NCBI GenBank assembly: GCA_964016885.1
Contig: OZ024746.1
Coordinates: 23,312,001-23,376,000, forward strand
Direction: 5' to 3'
Source: Eledone cirrhosa
Taxonomy: Eukaryota
Length of the DNA: 64,000 nt
Within the stretch, counting starts at the first letter, position 1. Each line of letters opens with the position of its first letter. The notes beneath the pieces were generated by a model. It saw only the letters and a list, made by a program, of their open reading frames with translations. It did no database searches and was not told the origin of the DNA. Both the position numbers and the translations under genes were made by a program. Shown piece after piece: positions 12,463-23,774 of this stretch.

Positions 12463-12893
12463 CTTAAGAAATTAAGAAAAAATAAAAACATTCATTAGAA
12501 GTTCCGACACAAAAACGACAAAACTAAAAATATAGAAATAATTTGATAAAATTCATCATCATGTCTGTTTTCCAAACTATCACTGGTTGGACAGGTCATC
12601 ACAGAGCAAGTCAGTACTTAATTTGAAGCTACCCCATTGTCAGCAAGAATAGAAATAGTTTCATAAAATTCATCAAGATGTCACTTTTTGCTATCATGGC
12701 TTGGACAAGTTATTACAAACAAAGTACTTAATTGAATCTACTACATTAATTTTGCTTACGTTACATTTTGGCAAAGTTTCTACTGCTGGATGCTCTTCTG
12801 GGCATCATCTAATTTACAGAATGCATTGGCTACATTTTATGCAAATAAATGATACTTAACTGAACATTTCGGAATCAGAATTTTTCAATATTG

Positions 12894-12925
<32 letters not shown>

Positions 12926-13412
12926 ATTTTTCAATTATCAAGCTAATAAACTAATAAATACAAACAATTACTATATATACTCATGACTATCTTTTCAGGT
13001 TAAACTTATGTGATCAACTATTATATGGGTACTTCTTTAGAAGGAATGAAATTCATATAATCCAAAATAACATATCAATAAGCAAAAGCCGAAATGGACT
13101 AACTGAACATAAAACACTGCATTACAGTAATGAAATAAGAGAAATATGTTAATGTAAATGGGGAAATAGATCAGTAGGATGTTAATAAAATGCTAACATG
13201 AAACTGATAGTAATATTATATTGTTAATATATTTCAGTCAAGCTAAATTGCTATCCATTGGTGCATTTACATATGTAAATGGTAAACAGATCTGTGTTAG
13301 TGTGATTTTAAGTTATTAGAATATATCATCATTATTGTTACACTGACCTCCAACATCTCATAAGTACATGAAAAGACATTGATAAACTTGACATTTCTTT
13401 CTCTTGAGATTT

Positions 13413-15122
13413 ATCATCATCATCGTTTAACGTCCATCTTCCACGTTAGCTTGGTTTTAGACAGGAATTGTCCCACTTGAAGCAAGATTGGTTGTCTTGC
13501 TCGTATGGGATTGTCTGGCAGGTTTTCTACTGCTGGAAGCCCTTCCTAACACCAACCACGTTTACAGTGTGGACTGGGAGCCTTTTTACGGTGTTACCTA
13601 CACGGCCACATTACAGCGTGGACTGTGTTTTTTGTCGTGACACCTACACAACCTCATTTATTTAGGACTGGATGCTGTGGTACCTACATAACTTTACATC
13701 AAAAGGGGTGGGGGATAGTGGTAGTGGGAAGGGGGTGTATTTTGGTTAAGAGGTGCCTACTGACTGTAGGTTTCGCTTTGTACTTAGGCAAGACGGGTCT
13801 TCTGTATTACTGCGTAGCGCCAAAGATCTCGGTCCAGTGACATTGTCTTGGAGAGGTGTAAGTGTGTGAGGTTGGAATTTATCAAGTCGTCTCAGGTTTT
13901 TCTGGGTCTGCCTACTCCGTAGCTACCAACTATTTTGATTGCCCTGCACTTTTTTATACAGCTGTCGTCTTTCATGCGCATCATGTGACCATACCAACGT
14001 AGTCTTCTCTCGAGTAAACAGCATTTGATCCCTCTTATTCCTAATTTCTCACTTAGTTCATTTATGCTTTGCCGTTCACGTATATTACTATTACACATCC
14101 AACGGAGCATGCAAGCTTCGTTCCTCTCCAGTCTGCGTAGATCCTCTGCACACAATGCCCATGTCTCAGTCATGTAACATTGCTGTTCGTATGCAGGCAT
14201 CATACAGCCTGCCTTTCATTTTTAGAGAGAAACCTTTAGCGGCCAATAGTGGTATAAGCTCTCTGAACTTTTTCCATCCCACTCTGACTAGCTACTGTAC
14301 TTTCAGAGCATCCTCCACCACTGCTGATTTTGTCACCCAGGTAACGGAAGGTATCCACTATTTCTATAGAACCATCTGGACAATGGAATGAGCTAGTATT
14401 CTGTGGGCATTTGCTGCTACTTATTGTACCTGAGCACCGGCCACATATAAAATCTATATCCTTAGTTAGCTTACCTGTGATCCCACTACATCTTTTATGC
14501 ACCCATACTTTTCATTTGGGACATAAAATGGAGTTTCTGCCTACTCCTTTCCTTCACACTGAGCATGGCCATTTCCCAGATGGGACCAGTGCCCTATTTT
14601 CCTTCCTACATACTAGAACTTTAGTCTTAGACAAGTTAATTTTAAGGCCTTTTGATTCTAGGCCATGCTTCCATGTTTGGAATTTCTCCTCTAGTTCAGC
14701 CATTGATTCAGCTATGAGCGTTAGATCATCTGCGTATAGAAGTTCCCATGGGCACCTGGCCTGAACTCCTCTGTTACAGCCTGGAGGGCGATAATAAAGA
14801 GGGGGCTAAGGAGAGAGCCCTGATGAACACCAACTTATACGCTAAACCCTTCACTATATTCGTTGTTAATTCTAACCTTGCTGACTGTTTCTTTATACAT
14901 GGCTTGTATAGCTCTCACAAACCATTCAACACCTAATTTTCTGAGAGCCCACCATATAATGGGGCGTGGGACTGTCAAAGGCTTTCTCCAAGTCAACAAA
15001 AGCTAAGTACAGGGGTTTACTTTTAGCTAGGTTCTTCTCCTGTAGTTGTCGTATAATGAAAAGAGCGTCTGTGGTACTTTTACCTGATACAAACCCGAAC
15101 TGCATTTCATCTAGATCAACCG
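13413..15122 (-). mobile_element. 5'-truncated, frameshifted RTE-clade LINE
   Basis: Collinear with the 16-18 kb element (RT remnants, WPCSV zinc-finger segment, RRLRWYGHMMR, GRPRKT). (CAT)n tail at 13413. Confidence 0.9.
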
Positions 15123-16005
15123 ATAATCTGGGGGGGGGGGGGGGGGGGGGGGTACTTGAGAAAAATCCATTAAAATAAAAGGCATCCTTGATAGTAAAAT
15201 AGTTGGAAACTGGTGTACTGTAATAATAATTAGTACTTTATCTACCACTTAGTTGGAGATAAATACAGATACCCACCAAGTAATCACATCCCTTTCCCCT
15301 CTTGAACTGTAATTGTGTGTGTGTGTGAATGTTTATTGTATCAAGGTGTAGACATGACCAAATGGTTAAAACGTTCTCTCCCAAATCCTGACTTTTATCT
15401 CACTAGATGGTGCTTTAGACATAGCTTTGAGTTGTCCCAAACCCTGGGAGTGAACTTAAATACACTAGAAAGAACCTTCCCCACAAGGTGAACTATACTT
15501 GGGACAGCATTGCCAAACTGATTCTACCCAAGGAGTACTTTAAGAGTATAAATGTCAGTGGAATATTCAGCCACTTGCACTATATTTCAAGAAGCAGGTA
15601 GTTCTGTTGATTGAATATGTGGAATACTCATTGCTGAAACCTATCACACAAACATTCAATTTTCTAATCCTTACAAATGCAACCTTTCGATAGACCCTGT
15701 ATATTCGGAGGTACATTTGTCTTTTTAAAAGAATTGGGTCCTAGAGATAAGCAATCCTTTACTTTAGCGTCTACCTCATTACTGATCCACAAATAGTAAT
15801 AAACGATGCCCTCTCGCCCCACCATGTCTATATTGATGACTCAGTCAATGTTTGACAACAGAGCTGCAAAATATTTACTAAAGTAATTTGTGAAAAATTA
15901 TGAACCAATATTTAACCATATGGCACAATTATAATGGAATCAATATTATAGAAATGTATGTTCAGGCTACATGTAATATATTTTATGAACTTGGCTATCA
16001 GGTAA

Positions 16006-18440
16006 TCATCATCACCATCATCATCACCGTTTTACGTCCGTTCTTCCACGCTAGCATGGGTTAGACGGGTTGTCCTGTTGTGGGCAGTGTCTGGTCGGCT
16101 GACCATGCCTTGCTCATACAGGAACTGATCTGGCTTGATTTCTACAGCTGGATGCCCTTCCTAACACCAACCTCATTTACAGTGAGTGCTGGGTGCTTTT
16201 TCGTGGCGCCTACACGTCCACTTTACAGTGTGGGCTGGGTGCTTTTTTGCCGTGGCACCTCCACGACCACCTTGCGGTGGGGGGGGGGGGCATATTGTTT
16301 ATATGCTTCAGCATGTACCCATGGGAGGTCGGGTACCCTGTATTACTGCGTGACGCCAGAAGTCACGGTCGTGTGTCATTGACTTTGAGAGGTGTAGTTG
16401 GGTAAGGTCGGCTTTTATCACCTCATCCCAAGTCATCTTGGGTCTCCCCACTCCGCGGTTTCCATCAACTTCTAGTGCTCTGCACCTTTTTATGCAGCTG
16501 TCATCCTTCATACGCATCACATGTCCATACCAGCGTAACCGCCTCTCCTGCACGCAGCATTTGATTCCTCTTATGCTCAGTCTCTCTCTCAATTCATTTA
16601 TGCTTTGTCGTTCACGTATATTACTGTTACACATCCATCGGAGCATGCAGGCTTCGTTTCTCTCTAATCTACGTAAGTCTTCCACCTTCAGCGCCCAGGT
16701 CTCACTACCATGCAACATCGCTGTTCGGATACACGCATCATACAGTCTGCCTTTCATTCTGAGGGAGAAGCCTTTTGCAGCTAGCAGTGGTAGTAGTTCC
16801 CTAAACTTCTTCCATCCCGTTCTTACCCTAGTTATTGTACTTTCTGAGCACCCACCTCCGTTGCTAATTCGGTCACCTAGGTAGCAGAAGCTGTCTACTG
16901 TTTCTACAGGGCCCTCCCAGAGATTGGTGGTACTTGTTTCCTGTGGCTGTTTGCTTGCTGTTTCAGCACAGCTGCTGCATGTGAATCCTACATTCTTAAT
17001 TAAGCTTCCTGAGATCCCGCTACATCTCTTGTGTACCCATTGTTTGCATTTGGGGCAAAGAATGGAGTTCCTACCTACACCTTTCCTACATACTGAGCAA
17101 GGCCATTTCCCTGAGGGGATCTGGGTTCTGTTTTCTCGTCTACTTATAAGGACCTTAGTCTTTGTCATGTTGACTTTGAGGCCCTTTCTCTCTAGTCCCT
17201 GCTTCCAGGTTTGGAATTTATTCTCTAGTTCTACCATAGATTCAGCTATGAGTGCGAGGTCATCAGCATACAGGAGTTCCCATGGGCATCCGGTCTTAAA
17301 CTCCTCCGTTATTGCCTGCAGGACTATGATGAACAGGAGAGGGCTAAGAACAGAGCCCTGGTGGACCCCAACCTGTACGCTAAATTCCTCGCTATACTCA
17401 TTGCCAATCCTAACTTTGCTGACTGCTCCCCTATACATGGCTTGTACCGCTTTCACAAGCCATTCATCTACTCCTAGTTTTCTAAGAGCCCACCAGATTA
17501 CTGCACGTGGAACTCTGTCAAAGGCTTTCTCAAGGTCGACAAATGCCAAGTAGAGTGGCTTACTTTTAGCTAGGTACTTTTCCTGTAATTGCCTCACAAG
17601 GAAGAGAGCATCAGTGGTGCCTTTCCCTGGTACAAACCCAAATTGCATCTCGTCTATATTCACCCGGTCCCTAATCAGCTGTGCTATAACTCTTTCTGTT
17701 ACTTTCATGACCTGGTCCATCAACTTTATACCTCTATAGTTTCCTCTATCTAGTGCATCGCCTTTACCTTTGTAGCAGTTGACAATGATGCTACTGCACC
17801 AATCTTTTGGTATGGCCCCCTCTAGTATTACCTGGTTAACAATACGTGTGGTTATAGTGTGACCTACAGACCCAGATGCCTTCAGCATCTCGGCAGCTAT
17901 ACCCGAAGGACCGGTTGCCTTCCCTATCTTCATATCTCTGATTGCCTTACTTACTACGCTGCCGCTGACTTGTACTGCTGGTCCCTCTATAGGGTCTACG
18001 TGGGGTAGGGTCTCTTCTTCCCATGCATTCTCCTCATTTAGTAATCTATCATAATGACTCTTCCATGCATCTTTCTTCTCAGCACTTGTGAGGGCAAGCT
18101 CACCTTTATCATTCCGGATACACTTCTCTCCAATGACATCACAACTATCTCTGACACACTGCCTCGCAATCTTGAATACCTCCTGTTTCTGGTCCTCACG
18201 TTGTAAAACATGCTTGAATTTTCTATCCTCTGCTTCCCTCCTAGCTAAGTATACTTGTCGCCTAGCTTCCCTCTTGGTCTCTATGTAATGTACCCTGCTC
18301 CCCCCGTTCTTCCATTCTTTCCATGCCTGTCTCTTGGCCTTGACTGCTTCATCTACCTTATTGTTCCACCACCAAGTCACTCTCCTCCTGCTTGAGGTCT
18401 TACTCCAGCCACAAACCTCATCCGTCGCCTCTAGTAAGTT
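16006..18440 (-). mobile_element. RTE-clade LINE, 5'-truncated, with uninterrupted RT ORF and (GAT)n tail
   Basis: RT ORF, a 3' UTR with ~44-bp internal repeats, and a catcatcaccatcatcatca tail on the + strand. No endonuclease domain is present. Confidence 0.95.
16308..18380 (-). CDS. RTE LINE ORF fragment: reverse transcriptase with embedded PHD finger (690 aa)
   Basis: NYRGIKL, QFGF, FVDLEKAFDRV, GVHQGSVLSPLLF, YADD, FCYLG and RRLRWYGHVMR. The frame stays open about 20 codons upstream, to the truncation. Confidence 0.93.
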   Translation of the reverse strand: MTWWWNNKVDEAVKAKRQAWKEWKNGGSRVHYIETKREARRQVYLARREAEDRKFKHVLQREDQKQEVFKIARQCVRDSCDVIGEKCIRNDKGELALTSAEKKDAWKSHYDRLLNEENAWEEETLPHVDPIEGPAVQVSGSVVSKAIRDMKIGKATGPSGIAAEMLKASGSVGHTITTRIVNQVILEGAIPKDWCSSIIVNCYKGKGDALDRGNYRGIKLMDQVMKVTERVIAQLIRDRVNIDEMQFGFVPGKGTTDALFLVRQLQEKYLAKSKPLYLAFVDLEKAFDRVPRAVIWWALRKLGVDEWLVKAVQAMYRGAVSKVRIGNEYSEEFSVQVGVHQGSVLSPLLFIIVLQAITEEFKTGCPWELLYADDLALIAESMVELENKFQTWKQGLERKGLKVNMTKTKVLISRRENRTQIPSGKWPCSVCRKGVGRNSILCPKCKQWVHKRCSGISGSLIKNVGFTCSSCAETASKQPQETSTTNLWEGPVETVDSFCYLGDRISNGGGCSESTITRVRTGWKKFRELLPLLAAKGFSLRMKGRLYDACIRTAMLHGSETWALKVEDLRRLERNEACMLRWMCNSNIRERQSINELRERLSIRGIKCCVQERRLRWYGHVMRMKDDSCIKRCRALEVDGNRGVGRPKMTWDEVIKADLTQLHLSKSMTHDRDFWRHAVIQGTRPPMGTC

Positions 18441-18677
18441 ATTTTATTTGTAATATGTAATATAATCCATAACCCATATTTTATGACCTCAAAACCATCA
18501 GGCTACAAACACATTACACTTCATCAGGCCACATGTGCCCCTCCCCCAAAGTCACGGGAGTTAACATTTCTCCTTCAAACTGCAGTATTTACATACCTAT
18601 GTAGATTCAATTAAATATATTGTGCAGTAAGCAGCTGATATATACAATAATGATGGATCCTCTTTTGGTTTTGTTAA

Positions 18678-20145
18678 CCCTTTAGCATTCAAAGCGTCAA
18701 AAACCGACAAGATTATGTCCCCTTTCATTTATTCAAACCGACAAAAACCGACATTTAATACCACACGGAGATTTCCTTCTAAAAATAAACATTGACATCA
18801 TCGAAATCTCGTCAATTCGAGATTACTGCGAGATAAAACCCTTACGCGCGAAAATTAACTCTTAGTATAGTTAAAGAACTTGCGATAACACGTGTTTTTA
18901 ACGTTGAAAGTGTAACATGGCTTCCGAAAGTAGCGACAACGAATTTGAAGGTTTTACGTCCGACGACATTCGAGATAAAAAAAAACAGAAGATAATATCA
19001 GTGATTTATCTTCAAACGAATCAGATATATTTATTTCTGATATATCTGATAATGATGATAGTTACTTTGAAAGTGAAAGAGAAGATTTGACTGACACCAT
19101 TGAAAAAATAGCAACGTGGTTGAAAGAAACAACATCGATACATGTTTCGGATTTTACTGAAAATATTGGACCACAACACACATTACCACCCGATGCTAAA
19201 GCACTGGATTATTATTTTTTATTTTTACCACAATCTTTCTTCGAAGTTGTGGCAAATCGCTATGCACAACGACAAATTTCTAATATCGGAAAACCCGATC
19301 TGTTATGTTGTCCGACAGATTCTGCCGAAATGAAAGCGTTTTTTACCATAAATATTATGTTTGGTATTAAACAATTTCCACGACTGTGGAATTATTGGAG
19401 TACTGATATAAGGTTTGGTGACCCTTATATATCTAGTATTATGGCAAAAACGAGATTCATTAAATTAAACCAGTATTTGCATCTGGTTGATATTTCAAAT
19501 GCCCCTGGTAGAAATGAATCAAATTACGACCCACTGTACAAAGTACGACCATTAATTGAAATATTGTCAGAAAAATTTAAAAGTGTGTATAAACTTATAC
19601 ATTGGGAACTTTCTATTACGTAATTTTACACCGTACATTTACAGAGTACATTGCCAATATTATTTTGACCGGTGAAAAGGTTTTATACATTTTTTTCAAT
19701 GAAAATATTTGCCTGGAATGTAGAGAAAGACTAAAACCGTGTACTGATTACACCTGCATTTTTAATTAATTCACCTGTTCAGAAAACTGCTAGAATTGAT
19801 GGAAATCAGCATCTAGGTCATTATTGGATTTTTTGGCAACAAATCTAACAGATAAGGCAGATAAAGTTTAAATTTTTGTGTTTATCCATGAAGTTATTAC
19901 TTTTACACCTGTTAATTAATTTCACCTGCCCATAAAAGTCAAATTTAACAAAAAAAATCAGGTAAAAATATATAATTGTAAATTATAGTTATTTAAACAT
20001 CTACTGACAAAATTTCAAGTCTGCACATAGAAAATTAAAGTAATTACAAACAAATAAAATTGATAACCCTCTTGAGTATAATTAAGTGAAAATAATGCGA
20101 ATAGATGAACATGACATTTGACAATTCAATGTGAATGCTAAAGGG
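18678..20145 (+). mobile_element. Internally deleted piggyBac DNA transposon (1468 bp)
   Basis: TTAA|CCCTTTAGCATTCA ... TGAATGCTAAAGGG|TTAA: perfect 14-bp TIRs and TTAA target duplication. Confidence 0.93.
18917..19623 (+). pseudogene. piggyBac transposase N-terminal remnant (PGBD4-like)
   Basis: Acidic start MASESSDNEFEGF, a frameshift, then EMKAFF..MFGI..P.LWNYWS..IMAKTRFIKLNQYLHL..DPLYKVRPLI. Ends before the catalytic DDD core. Confidence 0.85.
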
Positions 20146-21323
20146 TTAAGCATTCATTTATTGAAGTAACTGAATGGACATTACATGGAATAACATGTAA
20201 GTGGTTGAGTATTCCAGACACCAGCTTATAACATAATTCTCAAGTAGAATCAGCATGACAAGGCTGGATGTATATTTACATCACAAGTACAGTCCACCTG
20301 ACGGGTTCCAAAAATTTCAGTCACACGGCATGGGTCGATCCACAAATATGGTAAAGACCAAGATATCATACAGTGGGCTTGAACTTGAGACCTCATAATT
20401 GCAAGAACTTAACCACTCAGCCATGCAACCTCCGATTTAATAAATACAATGTTTTCAACATATACCTTAGCAGCTTAGACCATAATTTAATATCTAATCG
20501 AATTAGTTACCAGCATAAGCACTAAGATGATGAAAACTTATCAAACTCACTAATGCTACCATATTTGGTGGTTTATAAAGCTGTTGTGTATTTCTGTGGA
20601 CTGAGAGCTGTATATTGTCTCTGAAGACTAATAAATGGAAACTAAAGTAAAATCATTCCCTCATTTATGGTCCACCAAAAGAGACATGTAGCTATCAGTG
20701 TATTTATTTACACAGCTTCAGTTAACTCTTGTACAGTTGCTGTATAGATATGCATCATCATTTACCATCCATTTTCTATGCCAGCATGGGTTAGACAAGT
20801 TGTCCTGTTGTGTGACATGTCAGATCAGGTGACCATACCTTGCTCATACAGAACTGTTTCTGGCTAGGTTGTCCTTCTTCCTAATGCCAAATTTATTTAA
20901 ATTTACTATATATATATATTTACTATATATATATATAGTAAATTTAAACACACACACACACACACACTAAGTAAGTTTTTTTACTTAAAAACTTGGGCAC
21001 AAAAATCCATGCAAGACTTACCTACCTTTCTTGATTATTTTCAAAACATTTTTTAAATCCTAGGCAGAAATAATAGCTTGAAATATTAAATAATGAATCC
21101 AAAATATTCTGAACACAAGGGTGTGACTTATGTACAAGTATATATGGTATATTAAATCTTTACAATGATAAATTAATAATAAAATCAACTTTTACAAGCC
21201 ATAATTGAAGATTAATTCAAACACACCTGGTTAGAAAATATAATGGAAGCATTCCAAATGTTTAAACCATTTTAGTGAGAAAAAGAAATACTCAGAGGTA
21301 GTATATAAAACATATATACATAC

Positions 21324-21435
21324 TTAGAACTTAAACCACCACCAGGTGGTAATCCTTCTATTTCATCATCCATCAATTCGTGCATGACAAGAGAAAGGTC
21401 GACTTCATCATCAGGTTTGCAGTTGTCTAGGATTT
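21324..21435 (-). CDS. PPM1B: PPM1A/B-like coding exon 3 (112 nt; EILDNCKPDDEVDLSLVMHELMDDEIEGLPPGGGLSS)
   Basis: Acceptor tttgttttctag| is phase-1 compatible. LPPGGGL motif of the PP2C C-terminal domain. Donor AA|gtatgt, phase 2. Confidence 0.92.
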
Positions 21436-21455
21436 CTAGAAAACAAAGTAGAAAA

Positions 21456-22230
21456 ATCATCATCATCACTGTTTAACGGCCATTTTCCATGCTAGCATGG
21501 CTTAGACATGTCATATTTGAACAAGTCGGGTCAGGGGACTATTTCTTGCACATACTATTTCTAGCTTGGTTTCTACAGCTGGAAGACCCTCCTAACGCCA
21601 ACCACATTTACAATGTGTGCTGGGTGCTTTTTGTCATGACACCTACACAACCACTTTACAATGTGGACTGGGTGCTTTTTGTTGACACCAACACAACTTT
21701 ACAGTGTGGGCTGGGTGATTTTTGTCGTGGCACCAAAATGATCACTTTACAGTGTGAACTGGGGACTTTGGAGGTGGTGGGTGGGTAGGTATAGGGATGT
21801 GTGAGAGGGGGCAGTGTTAGGGCATGGGTGGGGTGTTAGGATGTGAAAGTGTGGGAGTATGTAGGTGAAGGTGGTACATATTAGATGTATGCTTCAGCCT
21901 GTGTGCATGGAAAGGCAGGTTTTCTGTATTACTGCATAATGCCAGAGATCTCAGTCCTGTGCCATTGCCTTTGAGAGGTGCAATTGTGGAAGGTCAGCTT
22001 TTATCACCTCATTCCAAATCTTCCTAGGTTTTTCTACTGCATAGCTTTGAGTGCTCTGCACCTTTTTATACTGCTGTCATCCTTCATATGCATAACATGT
22101 CCAAACCAACACAATCTCCTCTCCTGCACACTGCATCTGATCCCTCTTATGCCTAGTTTCTCAGTTGATTTTCACTTTGCCATCATGTATATTACTGTTA
22201 CACATCCATCGGAGCATGCAGGCTTCATCA
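21456..22230 (-). mobile_element. Degraded RTE LINE 3' fragment
   Basis: (CAT)n tail, 3' UTR repeats and C-terminal ORF remnants homologous to 16006-16660. Confidence 0.85.
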
Positions 22231-22838
22231 GTAAACTAACCAAGGCAAAGCAGATGGAATTTGCTCAACAAATATCCGATTGATTGAAATATTAAAACTA
22301 ATAACAACAATGTCAGTGTTTCACTAGAAACATTCCACAGAAATTTGTATTACATAACAGGCAGGCTGTATGATAGACCATATAATATATGGAAGGAGAT
22401 GTAAAGATGATAAAATCAAAGACTATAATATAAATGTGTGTGTGATACAGATAGCTTTAAAAACAGTATAACAGCCACAGGTGTACAGATGGTAGAAAGA
22501 CTATAGAATATATTGTAGATAGAAACAGGTTACAATAAAGTGTGGATGGTAGGAACAGCCTGTATAACTTTAAAGAAAATTATATAAAATCTGATGAAAT
22601 CATGAGAATATTGGAGGAAAACGATAAGATGTAGAAGACAATAACCATGACTTAACATCCTGTAAATGGTTTAGCAGAAAATTTCTAAAAACAGGTTTGC
22701 TAATGCTAATGTTTATATGATGACCATATCTTGATCTATTAAGAGATTGTGGAAATCTGCAATATTAGACTAAGGACTAAATATTCAATCAATTATGCTA
22801 AATAATTGCATTAAAAAATTCACAGACTTTATAATAGA

Positions 22839-23774
22839 CTAGCATTAAAGCCCGGCGTTGCTCGGGGTCATTAAGTTACCAAAGTTAGGTTGCACCACCC
22901 ATTTTATGGCAGCACTTTTTTGTCTGCCAGGCACTGGGTGAATGAATTGCAGACCTGGAAGCATGAGCTGCGCCAGCAGTGACAATTGTAGTTTCGCCTA
23001 TGGATATTATCTCTGTGCAAAAAAGTGTTGAAATTTATTGTTTCACAGTACTTGCGCAACACGCGCGTAGACGATGCCAGCTGGGCAACAGAGCTGCGAT
23101 GGAGTTGTTCTGCATGGTTAGCTGTTGTTTCTAGCAGGTTTAGTGACCTCATAGAGGATATGTGTTTTCTAAATTTAAGACAGTAGGGAGTGGTGTGATA
23201 TGGGGGAAAGTTAGCTGCTGTTTCTAGCAGGTTTAGTGACCTCATAGAAGATATGTTTTCTAAATTTAAGACAGTAGGGAGGGGTGTGATATGGGGAAGA
23301 GTTAGCTGCTGTTTCTAGCAGGTTTAGTAACCTCATAGAGGATGTGTTTTCTAAATTTAAGACAGTAGGGAGTGGTGTGGGGAGTGGTGTGATATGGGGG
23401 AGAGTTAGCTGCTGTTTCTAGCAGGTTTAGTAACCTCATAGAGGATATGTTTTTTCTAAATTTAAGACAGTAGGGAGTGGTGTGAACGGACAGTATCACC
23501 ATCAAGCTTGGAAAGAGAAAGTAGCAGAAAGTATGAAGTTATATAGATTTTGAATGGTAGTAGAAAGAGTTCAGCAGTTTAAATGAGAGAGAAAAATCGT
23601 AAAATATTGAGTTTTATCTATTTTTTGCGTAATTGTGGGTGAAATTGAAAAGATTATCTGCGTGAAGACGCAATCGAAACTATTTCGAATACTGAATTGT
23701 AAATTTCAATTGAAGAGATTCTATATCGTAGATTTCTATAACGAAGGAGCATGACACACACTGAGCTTTATAGA
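22839..23774 (-). mobile_element. Non-autonomous Helitron with internal tandem array
   Basis: The minus strand reads A|TCTATAAAGC ... hairpin CCCGAGCAACGCCGGG-ctttaatg-CTAG|T. The 5' end could alternatively be 23780. Confidence 0.8.
23117..23485. repeat. ~92-bp tandem repeat x4 inside the Helitron
   Basis: gttagctgctgtttctagcaggtttagt(g/a)acctcatagagga...aaatttaagacagtagggagtggtgtga repeated. Confidence 0.92.

Noticed and set aside
15129-15152. Poly-G tracts as functional G-quadruplexes (also near 37556, 39059, 50756, 61034 and 62325)
   Set aside because: Mostly within or beside TE remnants. Homopolymer length is error-prone and there is no evidence of function.
16438-17553. Plus-strand ORFs of 148 and 209 aa
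   Set aside because: Antisense shadows of the RTE reverse transcriptase ORF.
20895-20948. AT-only palindrome around (TA)n
   Set aside because: Low complexity, explained by microsatellite slippage or fold-back.
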